Origin: Phoronis australis | Lineage: Eukaryota > Animalia > Phoronida | Length of the DNA: 64,000 nucleotides | Direction: 5' to 3' | Assembly (NCBI GenBank): GCA_002633005.1 | Contig: NMRA01000172.1 | Location: 269,866 to 333,865 of the forward strand | Shown here: positions 1-12,900 of the stretch, one piece after another | Layout: every line of letters begins with the position of its first letter | Numbering within the stretch: the first letter of the stretch is position 1 | The notes under the pieces: model-generated | What the model was told of the DNA's origin: nothing | The model's database searches: none | What the model saw: the letters and a program-made list of their open reading frames with translations, nothing else | Position numbers and translations under genes: made by a program

Positions 1-850
1 GCTATCATGGCTGTACTTATGAGAATAGCCATCAGGCTCTAGAGGCATCAACTTCATCAAATGGACAATTATAAGGCCCCATGTTTGAATTGGGCCATTG
101 AAGCTGGCTACAGCTTGAACTCTCCAAGTACCGAAGGCAAAGTTAAAAGAATAGAAATTTAATAATAGTACTGCAGCCTACAGTATACTGCAACAAAACT
201 CCAGTCACACTCATTGTCAACATAAAACATCAGAAGGTATTGTAAAACAAAAGCAATGTAATGCCTAGTAAGGTAAACCCAGCAGGTCTGCCTATGTCTG
301 TGGGTCTGTGGCCTTCAATGGTTCAGATAGAGGTGATTGAGTGTCTGCGGAGGGTTTCAGGGGGGGGGGGGGNGGGGGGGGGGGGTGGATTCCTGGTAAA
401 TTGCACTACAGGGCTTATAATTTTCCTCTTCTAAAAGGATTTCCATTTTTTTTGGTTTTGATTTCGTCTTGTTTGATTTCCAGTTTCCTCTTTTTTGTCT
501 CTTTTTATCATTATCAATTGACTTGCAACCAAAGTTTATTTCAGTTAAATTTTACATCAAAAATATTTCTATTACAAAAACTTATGTGTTTGGAAAATTT
601 TCCTCTTTTTTGCCATTGGTTATTCCAAGCCTGGACACTACTCTCACTTTGTCCACAGATTTTTCCCAAGAATTGAGGCATTTTTGTGGCTACGGTATGA
701 CACCAGAGAGCTTCGCAATGGTTTATCTGCCATTTGATGCAGTGCTAAGTATAATTTGACCAGGTTTTAATTAACCTGCTTAAATTGCCAATATTTACTT
801 CCTAATATGCTTAATTATTTCAAACGTTCATATCCCATCTGTAGAACAAT

Positions 851-948
851 ATGTGGGGTCTGCCGCCGTCACTGCTGCTGTTGCTGAGTGGCTGTGCACT
901 GCTATCCTTATCATGTGGACAACTTGAAGAAAGACTTGAACCAGCACC
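851..948 (+). CDS. Gene 1 coding exon 1 (signal peptide)
   Basis: MWGLPPSLLLLLSGCALLSLSCGQLEERLEPAP; acceptor AG 843-844; donor CC|GTAAGT phase 2 joins exon 2; paralog exon ends similarly (ERLEPLP). Confidence 0.85.
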
Positions 949-3900
949 GTAAGTTGAAAGATGTCACACACTCTCTGGTGGTTGGTCTTGATCTACTTGA
1001 AGAGAATGTCTTCTTGTACTTGTCTGTTAATAACATCCATTCTATAATTTTTAAAATTACAGTTGCAGTAATGGTATTACGCATGTTGCTATTTAAGAAT
1101 CATCTAAAAATTAAGGCTGTCTTCTCATAAAAAAAAATAATTGCAGGCGTTCTGATACACGTTGTATCAGATGTGCGCAGGCCTCGCATGTGGGCCCATT
1201 GCACTGATCACCTGGAAATATTTTTCTGCTTTATTGATATATGGTTAAAACCGAGCTGAGGAGCTAGAAACCTGGCTCAAGGGTTTAGCAGTGTGACCTG
1301 GTGGGACTTGAACCCACGACCTTGAGTAAAGAAAGCGGGCACTTATCAACCAGGCCACACTGCCTCCTCTTGTCTTCTCATAGAACTATGTGCACATTTT
1401 AGTTTGATTCATCTTAAGTTGGACGTGGAGAATTGTGGTTAACCTTTAAATCAAATGATACTTGGCTTTGTTGAATGGTAACACTTGCAAAAATTGACAT
1501 TTGACCCTTGTAGTGTTGTCATTGTGGGTTACTAAAGTTTGAAATTTAATGTCACATGACTGGTGATGTAATCGAGTTTTCTTGTGTAGCATCAAGAAAT
1601 CGTAACAAAAATTGTTCAGGGAAATGTTGTGCTAAAACACCTGTGAAAGACAACTCATTTTGATTGTTTTTGAGTAAATCAAAAACATTTGGTTCAAGTA
1701 TGCTTTTCCGTTGTGAATGGGTCAGGTGATACCATTCTGTATGGTCACATGATGCCATAGATATCATATGTATACAGTCATGAAGCAGAATTATCTTATT
1801 GATGAAGCTAAAGTGATTTACCGGGACTCCAACTGTGGTTACCATTTATTTTCCAGAACCTATTTATTGGCTGCCCCACGAAAGGTGCGGCCCAACCAGA
1901 TAGTAACTATGAGTGCTACACTGCTGAGACTTGAGTACGAAAAGATCAACTTCCGTGTACTAATCAAGCGAGACGACACTGAGATCTGTAGTGTGAGCAG
2001 AGAGTTTGATGCCCCGGGCACACAAGTTATGCAGATGAAGGTTATTAACTGTTCAATCAATTTGTTTGTTGTTTATCTTCTATGCTATGCTTCCTGTTAA
2101 ATCTAGTTGCTATTCCTCATGAAATTATTTTGCCTAGTACCTAGTTGTTTTGTGTTTGACATCGCTCGACATAAGCGAGTAAGCATTTGAAAATACGAGT
2201 AGAAAAACTAAAAATACAGAATTGGCCTCACTCTTACAGGCACCAAGCCGCTGTCGGGCATTTTTTGGTCCCCACTTGTTATGTGCCCAAATTCGGGAAT
2301 AAGACTTGCAAATATGCCGTCAGTCATATTTTCAAGCAGACATGTTCACCTGTGTCAAGCGCTGTTTCATGGTATTCAGGTCATGACAAGTTAATTTGGA
2401 AGCTTGCTAGTATAATATTGATATGTCTATGTTATTGTAACCTGTGTACCTTCACTCTTCACATGAGGCCTAAAAGCACCACTGCAGTCATTGATTTCTT
2501 AAGAGCCATAACTCTGTTGTTCATTGAAGAATTTTTCTGAAACTTGCTTTGTGGAGAGTATGAGAAAAATATGTCATACGTGTTGTGCAGAAAGAAACTA
2601 TGGTTTGTGTTTGAGCTGTCATGTTATGTGTGTTTTGATATTTCAAAGTTTGGCATCCAACTGTTGATAGCGTCACTGGAAATTATACCACTGTTTGGTT
2701 TCCAATAAGCTTCTGACAGCATGCTGTCCCAAAACACCTATTGGAATAGTTTCTTTTTCTACCTGTCATGTTATCGGAGTCTCTGATATTCCTCTGTCCT
2801 TAGATGCCTGAGAACACTGTGGTGGCTAATTACACTCTGCGAGTGGAAGGAACGACAGGTAGCGGTTATGGCGGGTTCCTTTTTGAGAACGAAACCGCGT
2901 TGCAGTTTGACTCGAAACAGATCTCGCTGTTTATTCAACTCAGCAAGCCACTCTACAAGCAAGAGCAAACAGGTGATAAGTTAATGTGTTTAAGTCTCAA
3001 CCTGAATTTTGTTGACTTGGTAAACAATTATCGAGGACAACTGTTTTGGTCAATTCGCCTGCCTTCGTCAGTTTGAGATGTCGAATACACTTTTGAATAA
3101 GATCACTAACTGTTATAGAATTGGTTACAGTCCACATGTATTTGTGAGATTAGAAATGATAGTTCAGCTTGGCGAGAACTGGGGAATTGTTTGTGGTGGT
3201 GGTTGAATTCAGTGAGTTGGAGTTCACGGGTTGGTTATACGCTGAAAGTAGCACGGTTACAGTCAGTGCAATGGAAATGGGCTGATTCTGTGATCAACTG
3301 GTAGGTGGAGCTGCTGGATAGTGTTATTACCAAGAATTCTAGTGTATGAATTTTGAATTTCTTGTCCACATGAGTTTTATTTTTATGTGAAATAATGTCC
3401 ACATGCGCATCTCTTGCAATATTCACAGGGAGATTGTTTTATTTGGAAAAAGTATTAATTGTCGTGCATGTAGGGAAATTTTTTTCCAGTTGTAAGACAG
3501 CTGGTGCGTAGCGTTTTTGACAGTCTTTAAAGAATCTGAACTGATTACATTTTCTCCACCATGTGAACGGGACACTGATTGGAACTTCCCATATTTACAA
3601 ACCGGGATAAAACTTTCATAGAAAGCATACTTCTTGACAAGTTTATGAATCATTATATTTTATGAAAAGTGACTCAAGACTTGAGGTAAAAATGTTGGTA
3701 TTATGCTCCCACTTTACTGAATAAACGTTTAGGCAACTAATTAATAATAATTATAAAGCGCATCACACTTTAGAATTAATGTATAAAAATTATCTCGGAA
3801 ACTAGCTATTGTGCGTATGTTCTCAGAGACTTTGCACTCATCCTCAAGTGAGATTTAATAATTTTTCAGAAATAGCTGTATGAAGTGTTCAACCAAATTT

Positions 3901-6900
3901 CTCACTTAAGTCTCTTTTCATAAAACAGACCCCAAGTTAAAGCATTAATAGGGTCGTCCCGGATTACATGGTGATAGAACTCTCCTTTGTCCCGGAGATA
4001 AAAAAGTGCATGACATCGTTTTGGAAATAGGCACATTTTCCTCTCTCATTGATGTTGGGAAGGCGAAGAACTTCACGTCACGCGTCCACGGGTATTTGCT
4101 AGCTTATCAAACTTTCTCACATCGGAGTTGCAGCCCACAGCACAGCAGTAATAATTTATTAGCATTGGAAGGACGAATAGAGAGTAATGCAACCGAGAAA
4201 AACTTGTAAAGAATCAGGTAACAACAAATGGCATGTGAAACTCCAATGGTAAGAAAACGAGACAGCAAATGTGCCTGACGGATGTTTGTGGCATTGTGGG
4301 TAAATACAGTGAGATTGGAGTGTCGCTGTGTAATCTGGGACGACCCTATTGAATTCACAGTTGCAGGTTTTTGCCGATATCATATCCCTCAGTCTACTGT
4401 TGATCTCAGTATGAAAATAGCTCAATGTACAAGTTATTGACTTTTAGTTGATTTTAGTCTTCGTTGTTGCATAAACATTAGAATTATGTCTACTGTTGTC
4501 AACCGTTGTTTGCTCATATTTGTTGTGGCTTTCTTTCCAGTTCGTTTCAGAGTGGTTCCTTTACAGACAAATCTCCAACCAAGTCACACAGATATGAACA
4601 TTTTTGTATATGTAAGTGAAAACCTGGTTGTCTATGTGAAATAACAACCACTTTTATTTTATCGTAAGATATTATGAAATTAGTCATTAAAAAGATCTTG
4701 TCTTTAAAGTATAATTACTTCCCAAGTCAACTCATCAAACTCAGTAAACCTGCCTGCCATCAAAAACTATTGTTTGATTTATACCACTTATTCTTAACTC
4801 AAGTTAAAAGTGATTTCTGGGCTTGATAACTACTGGCAGTTTGTTATTGCTTGAATTGAGGTCCGTGCACCGAGCTTGGCCTTGGACATTGATGAACTGC
4901 CAGTTCTTCTGAAACCTGCACTTCTAATCTAAGGAAGAAACAAGTTGCGACCAGTTTCGTAATTTATTTAAAGGGAAGTGATGTAATATTTATTTTTTTT
5001 GACAGGGCAGATTTACGGCAGCTTTTAAATTACAAATCACGGGGTCAGTTCTAATAAAATAAGCGTTTCATTACCTGGCTTACTAATTCGTGACACCAAT
5101 CAACTCAGTCACCTTTCTAAAACCCCACCCATTCAGCCTTTATTTGCAATTAGCACTTTTAAGGAGTACTCTTGATATTCTGGACAGGTCCTTTATTGTA
5201 CTCACTTGTTGGCTAATGATTAACTGAAAAACAATGCAAATGTTGTCAGTTGGATTGAGACTCTGAGTATGAAAAAGGTGATTCCTCTGTACACAACGCG
5301 CCGTGCATTGCTGAAGGTCAGGTTACAAATTCAAAGTTAACATAGTAAAATATTTACTTCTCGAAACACCAAAAATCCGTCGATTTGTACCTTAAGGAGG
5401 ATAAACTTGCTTGACGTATTTACTTGATGCAACATTAACATATCTGGTTGCCTAGATGCTTGGCAAATTTCAAGAATTTTCACCAGAGTGGTGTGTGGCT
5501 TGTAGTGTAATTTGTGGCTCTGGTTAACAGTGAATACTGCAGTATATGAATTGCCAGCCTTGATTCATCTCATGCTCTGCTCAACAGAATACTGCAGTAT
5601 ATGAATTGTCAGCCTTGATTCATCTCATGCTCTGCTCAACAGAATACTGCAGTATATGAGTTGTCAGCCTTGATTCATCTCATACTCTGCTCAACAGAAT
5701 ACTGCAGTATATGAGTTGTCAGCCTTGATTCATCTCATGCTCTGCCCAACAGAATACTGCAGTATATGCTAATTTAATCTGACAAAATGGCTGTCAGTGT
5801 TCCGCTTTCATGATAGCCGAACTCTAGTGTAATGACGGCAAGTGTAGTTCGCCATCACAGTATTTATAATGGTCTCTTATGACGAGTTGTGGTAGATCAT
5901 TAACTGTTGTGAAGGGGAGGTGGTATTTCAACGCTGTAGCATGGGTCATCTGTGACTGAAACTAATCTCCTGGCAATTTTGTTTTCTAGGATGCTAATGG
6001 CGGTCTTGTCAGAAGATGGCTGAATCAACAAACAAATTCTGGTAATGTTGTGTGCTGGTTTGAATTTTTTTAACCAAGCCCTTACGATGCTTTTGATGTA
6101 CTTTCTCTCTTATGAATGCTTTTAACCTCATCAGTTGTACACAGAATGTCGTGAACAAAGTATTTGATTCCTCACACGCTGTGTGTCTGGGGTAAGTGTA
6201 GTTTTACCATTTCCAAAAGATGTTTTACGTTGGATGTTTCACCCGTTATTAGACAATTTTTTTCTTCAGTTAGAGAGAAATTACACTGAAAGTTCTTTTT
6301 ATGTTTTCCTTTATGTTGTGTATCAGTTTGCATGGCATGCAATTCTTTCTAGAAACTCGTATTAAGTTCTTTTAGTTATTTGTGTCTTGTTAGCTTAATA
6401 CTTTAATTGGCAGCTTATTCCCATGACGACTCATTCTTTGGCCTTCCCTGTTCACGTGAATTTGAGCGTGTATCAGATTTTAGAGTCAAAATTTGGGGTT
6501 GTTGCACTAATATTGCTTTAAATTCTTGAAAAAATTGGTTGAAATGTATTATTGCAAAATACAACTTTCATTTTATTTTTTTGTATTTTGTAATCATGAT
6601 TTTGTGTCTACGAGTGTCACTTTTTATCTTGTACCCCCTACTAATCCTCACCAGTGTGTTCCAAAAATTTCAAGCCCGGACTGTGAGTGCCGAGTTGTTT
6701 TTGCTAGTGCACTGTTTCAATGGATCACCATCTGAGGTCAAATAATTAGAGATTTTCATGAAGCAATAGATTCAGATCATGTGGTGCTAATGAATGACTC
6801 ATACTCTTCCCTGGCTGAGGAGAAGAAAATATCACTTTTCATTGCATTACGGCTCAAGTATGCCCCTTTATGTACACCATAAATGGTTTCATCCTAAAAT

Positions 6901-9900
6901 CATTCATCACAAGTAAGGGTGATTATACGTGTGTGCCACTGAACAGAACTCTGCACTTGAGTAAAAATCACCGATTGAACTTGTTTATGCCGACTGACAT
7001 GACAATGAATAGCATAATTAGATTTCCTGCTCATTTCAAAATGTGCGTATTAGTTGTAGTAGTACCTCCAAACACCGCCAAGTGGCAGCTACAGTCTGCT
7101 GCCCTGTGTGATCATTTACAGCCCATTAGTTACTAGTGGGGGTCTTTTCTGTCCTGGCCATAATGCCAATCAAATTTCAGCCAAATGCACGTTTATGTAC
7201 ATGTGCTTCAATTTCTGTACGTGCGTTTCGATTTTTCGACACATTTTTCAATTCATGTTTGCGCGTTTCAGTTCATGTGCACATGTTTTAATTCTTGTAG
7301 GCGTATTTCATCTATGCACACATTTTTCAATTCAAGAATGCATGCTTCAGTTCATGCGCACCTGTTTAATTTCATGCTCATGTGTTTAAATTCACGCACA
7401 CATGTTTAAATTCATGAACATGTGACTGTTTAAATTCATGGACACGTTTTTAAATTCATTTAGGCATTTTTTAATTATGCATGCATTTTTTAAGTCAAGA
7501 ATGCATGCTTCAGTTCATGCACGTGTTTAAATTCATGGACACGTGTTTCAATTCATTCACATGTGTTTTAATTCAGTCACCCGTGTTTCAAGTCATGCAC
7601 ACGTGTTTCAATTCAGTCACACATGCTTCAAGTCATGAACACCTGCTTCCTATGTTGAAGAAACAGTGTTAGAATCTAGGTCAACAGTGTTCTCCCTGCA
7701 TGTATATAAACATAGTGTTGCGCCATCTTGGAAAAGTCATGCACCATGTTTGGAAATTTTGAGTCATGTTACAAAAACTGTGAGCCTTCATTTGCAGTAA
7801 AAATGACCGTGAAAAGCTCAGCAAGTGAAAATAGTGTGTAACTGTTGTTGTTTTTGTGAAATAACAAAACAAGATTAGGACACGGAAACATTGCGTGCAA
7901 TTTGTACCATGTTTAAACTTTTACTCTGGCAGAACCGTGGTCAAACTTAGAAAGATTCTGGAAAGCGTTTCAAGTATTAGGAACCAACCAACTGTAGCTG
8001 TTTTGCATTTCATTGTTTACCTATCTAACTATTGTTTGGTTGTCCTGGCACATTTCAATCCAGTATGTATATTCACTCACCATTTTTCTACAGACACTGT
8101 TTTCCCAAAATGCACTCGGTATCCTCTTCAGTTTTGACAGAGCATGTTTTACTAACAATCTCCAGTTGACCTGCTGGTGTTTCACCCACCGTAACCTTAA
8201 TCCCCTACCCCCTGCTGTGTTGGTTTACCCTGTCCTAACCTCCTACCCCCTCCTGTGTTGGTTTACCCTCTCCTAACCTCCTACCCCCTCCTGTGTTGGT
8301 TTACCCTGTCCTAACCTCCTACCCCCTCCTGTGTTGGTTTACCCTCTCCTAACCTCCTACCCCCTCCTGTGTTGGTTTACCCTGTCCTAGCCTCCTACCC
8401 CCTGCATGTGTTGTGTCACCCACCCCTAACCTGTGTTATTACACCTCCATACCTTGTCTCTTACCGCCAACCCTGCCTAATGTATTGTATCACTAACTTG
8501 GTCTGTATCTATAGGTATCCTGTCTATGTCCTTGGCCCTCTCCGGAGGAATGGGCTTTGGTCAATGGACCATAAAAGTGGTCGCCTTCGTAAGTTTAAAG
8601 CGTTGATTACACACACACGGTTATTGGGAAATTCGTGTGCCTGTGCTTTATTCACTGTTTTTGCCTGTGCTGAGAGCTAGTAGCATGACAAATGTAGTCT
8701 TGTGGCATGTTTTTCACTGACTCTTTATAAAACTTCATAATGTTACTGCCAACTGCAGGGCAGTTCTGTTTTGAGTGGCTTTGTAACTCATTGTTGAACT
8801 TAGCGATATGCTCCAATTGTCTTGAGAAATTCTACAACATCATGTATTGGTTGAAGTGTGAAGGGTTTTTTACTTATGTAAACCCCATTCTCCTTTTTAT
8901 CGTGGATTAATTTAGACAATCAAAAATCTGTTCCCTGGATTTTACTACATTTTTGTCAACCCGTACTTCCTGGCTCATGAATTGGGAGGAAAGGGATGGG
9001 GTGAAGGGGGGATGGGGGTTGAGTGTAAAAGGTGTGTGGTGGCACAGACAAGTGGAGCATATCCTGAAAGACTTTATTTGCTAGAGTTGACTGCATTGTC
9101 AAGGCACAGCGCGCACAAAAACATTCGCTTGCAATCAATAATCTGGTACTGGTGGCACATGTAGGACCATGATTCTTCACTACACGCTCTCTGTGTGTAC
9201 AAGGGGTCACAGACTGACCTGATTACCCTGTGTTATTACCTGAACAGCAGTATATGCGCTTTTCTATTTCTTGTTCCGACTCTCGTGTAGGCATTCTTAG
9301 TAGAGAATTCCGATTGGGCAAGCCATACATTGCATTTGGAACGTGGACTATCAAGGTGGTCGCTTTGGTGAGTAATGTGGAGTCTGTCGTCATGTATATG
9401 TCCATTTGCATGTATTTGTTTTAGTTTTTTGTTCTGTACGGTTACTTTCACTACAAATAATGAACGTACACACACTTGACCAGACTCTAGACAGGTCAAA
9501 TTTATATTTTTACGTCTTCCAAGCTTAGAATCTAAATTTCTCTAATCTTTCCTTTTCAACATCACTATGCTAAAATCTGTCGTGGATGCTCATCTGTAAG
9601 ATGATACTTAGCCCTGGTGATGCCCCCTGGTGGATCTTCCAATGATTAATTTCTAGTCCTCTCTTGTATGCCACATGGGGAGGGTGTGAAATAGATCCAG
9701 TGAAGGCCAAATTTAGTGATTGGGCTGTTGTCACTTGATTGTTTCAGTTGCTGCAACTCGCATGTTATTGCATGCGTTTGTTATCTGACAGTCTTAATCA
9801 CATGATTGTTTTATTTTTGATTGTGTTTTGAAGTGATCGCCTATTAACCTCAATTGTATCCTTGCACTACTTTCTGTCACTCACCTACTGAACTGTTGCA

Positions 9901-12900
9901 CACATTTTCACACACTAGTTAGATAGCACAGCATTATTGTGGTGGCACGAATTAGCACAAGATCACGGTTGTGGTGTTTACCATGCTTGAGGAATGAGGA
10001 TTCATTCATAAATGTTATGCCTTACTGACATGTGAGAGAGGGAGTACACTTTTACTGAGACTTGTTAGTTTTTGCAATGTGTTGACCATTCTGGAGGTTT
10101 AAATCACCTGAAGGATCTTTTTGCTGTTCCTTGTTTTATGTCCGTCAGTGTTGTAGTGGGTGAGTATTCTAAAAAGGTGGGTACCATAATTTTCAAAATG
10201 AACTTAATGTCTTAGAATTTTGACACAGTTTAGGGGCGTATATTTAAAGTACAGCTAGATATTCCATCAGATCCATAATGATTTATGAAAAAAATTCTTG
10301 CTTTGGGACTTTATTTCCATTGGAATTCTGACAAGAAGAATTGGAGACTATGAGCAATACTGTCAGATGTATTTATGGCTCAAGTGGACAACAGTGTTTT
10401 ATGATTATTGAAAAGCATGGCACTGTATATTTAAGGAACAACATAGCTGAGAGCTGAACTTTTATCTTTGTTAAGGTGTATTGTAAGTTGTATTCGTAGA
10501 TCAAGACATACATGCAATGAAATTTCTGATTCGGATTTTGAAGTATTATTGTGACAAAAGTGCATAAAATCTGGCTCGTATGAAAAATTTTCCTTCAAGG
10601 TCTGACTGGTTTCTTTCGAAAACTATTGTATTGTGTATAAAATCTCGCGAAATTTAGAGATTAAATTCTATAGCTTCAGAGTTCGTTGACGGATTTCCAT
10701 GAAATTCGACCAATAGCTTTTTATTAAGGAGATGGATAGACATTATCTAATGTCCATTTTGATTATTCTTGAGTTTGGTTTTTGACGTCTGCTTCTACAT
10801 CAACCAAACCACTTTAAGAATCATTGTAAAAATGGCATGTGTGTTCCTACTGTGAAGAGTACGGCTAACAATCTTCAGATGTGTTGGACTACTTTGGCGC
10901 TCCCCGTTGCCTTGGTATCTACCAATCTTTGTGGAATTTTAGCAAAAAAGTTATTATCATCAATGCAACAGCACCTGTCTCATTTCAGATTTGAAATATT
11001 TGACATATGAAATATGATGAAAGGTGGCAGGTCTATTCCTATTCAAGAGAGCACTTGCTGAATTACAAGCTGCATTAAGTTTACTAGTGTTGCTCCCTAT
11101 AGTGAGAATGTTTAAAATAATGATCATTCATAGTATCTGTGTTGTATGCGACGCACACGGTGTACATACATTGTTGTTCTTGTACATACCACATGTGAGT
11201 CTTATCTGAGCAGTTAAAATATTGGAGATCTCTTCACAGAAACACTCCTACATTGCACTAATTCTTGCTGTATTTTAGGGTCACGAGTATTTCAAGAACT
11301 TTGTTGTGGAAGAATTTTGTAAGTATTTTGAATGCTAGTTACCCATTTCATTATGACAAGAAACTCTGATTCTCTCCTGGTTGTTTAGATGTATCTACCA
11401 ATGCTCACTTTCAATATTGTTCCTTAGTTTACATACATTCTGCTGCAACACTGTGTTGATATTGACCAGGTGACACCATGGTAAGAACAAAGTAGAGGAA
11501 CTGACCATTTTCAAAGAGTGTTATGTTATGACCAACACCCAAGTGGTCGTGAACTTGGTGCTCTATATTGCTGCCATCTGGTTTTGGTTTCCTATTTGAT
11601 TTATGCAGATAGGATCTAGGTCAACATCCATAGTTCTTTTAAGATTGTTCCCTACCTTGGTTCATATGGGTGGGAACGATGTCAACTTGTGCTATGCTAT
11701 AAAAAGCTAGATTAAGAGCCATTTGCAATTCATGAAAATAGCTTTCTGTTTTTTGTTAGGTAAGAGTTCAAAGCTAACTGACACGAAGCGATCTAGACAT
11801 TTACTAGAATTAAGCAATGTGTGGAAATGTGATATAGTAAATATGGACGCTGATGTTGGCCAATAGTGAAACATATCAAATAAACTCAGAAAAAAACCAG
11901 GAACCGCAACTGGGAATCGAACCACAGGTCTCTACATTGCCTGTCTACATGGCCAACATCATGTTCTATATTTACTATATCTAATGAGCACATACTGGTA
12001 AATTACTGATTACATAATTGTCCAAATCTTGTGTATAAAAGGTGAAATGCCGCTCATTGGATGGGTGACATAACAGTTGGCTGCAAGCAGTAATTGCTCA
12101 GATGTCAGGTTCTCAGTAGCTCATTGGTAAGAGCACTAGACCGGCAACCTACTTTACTTTTCATAGAGCTCAATGGAAATGATTTGTCATGTTACATGCT
12201 CTGTGTGTGTTTCAGATGGACCAAGGTTCTACGTCAATGTCAGTACTGCACAGTATATCATGAGTGATAGCTTTGGTCTGTCAGGCACTGTCTCCTCCAA
12301 GTAAGTAATTGACTTTCTCACATGACCTGGAATGTGTTATGACACGACTGGTTAATAACACTGAGTACGTAATTTTTTGATATTACATGGGCAAATTACA
12401 ATGTAGTGCAAAGTAGAAAATAATCCATACGCCTTACATTTTATCATCTGCAAAACACTAAAACAACCAAATGTGCGCCAACCGAACAATGCCAGAATTC
12501 CGAGAAGGTGATGAGGTTGTGATTGACAAATTGGGTGTCGCAACTGTACGTACTCCCAGTCAGAAGGACATGCAAACAACCTCTTAAACAGACCCATCTT
12601 CGGCGGCAAATTCCATATCCACATTCATACAAATGGAGACGAGCTCCAACTCAAGAAATGCGGCGAGGCTGTCTAGCTGTGCTGTCTCAAGGTCAATTCA
12701 GTGCTCGCGCACGGGGAAGCCTTGCTGACTGTTATTTATATTTGTTAAGTTTTAATATTCCAACTTCAAAGAATATTAGATTCTAACTTGAATATTTGCT
12801 ACGAAAGTTGAATGCAATTTGTTAAGCTTAAAATAAACCTATTAACAAAAAGTAACTGAATTACTTTACATTGCACAAGCGTGTTTTTACAAAAGTTGCG

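Noticed and set aside
7108-7672. Cluster of Phe/Met/His/Cys-rich ORFs
   Set aside because: Produced by a degenerate ~20-bp tandem array inside an intron.
8515-9367. Exons 6a and 6b as consecutive constitutive exons
   Set aside because: Both are phase 1 to 0, so joint inclusion frameshifts; the paralog has only one.
11835-12150. tRNA gene
   Set aside because: Only half-tRNA motifs in opposite orientations, no full cloverleaf; tRNA-derived repeat.
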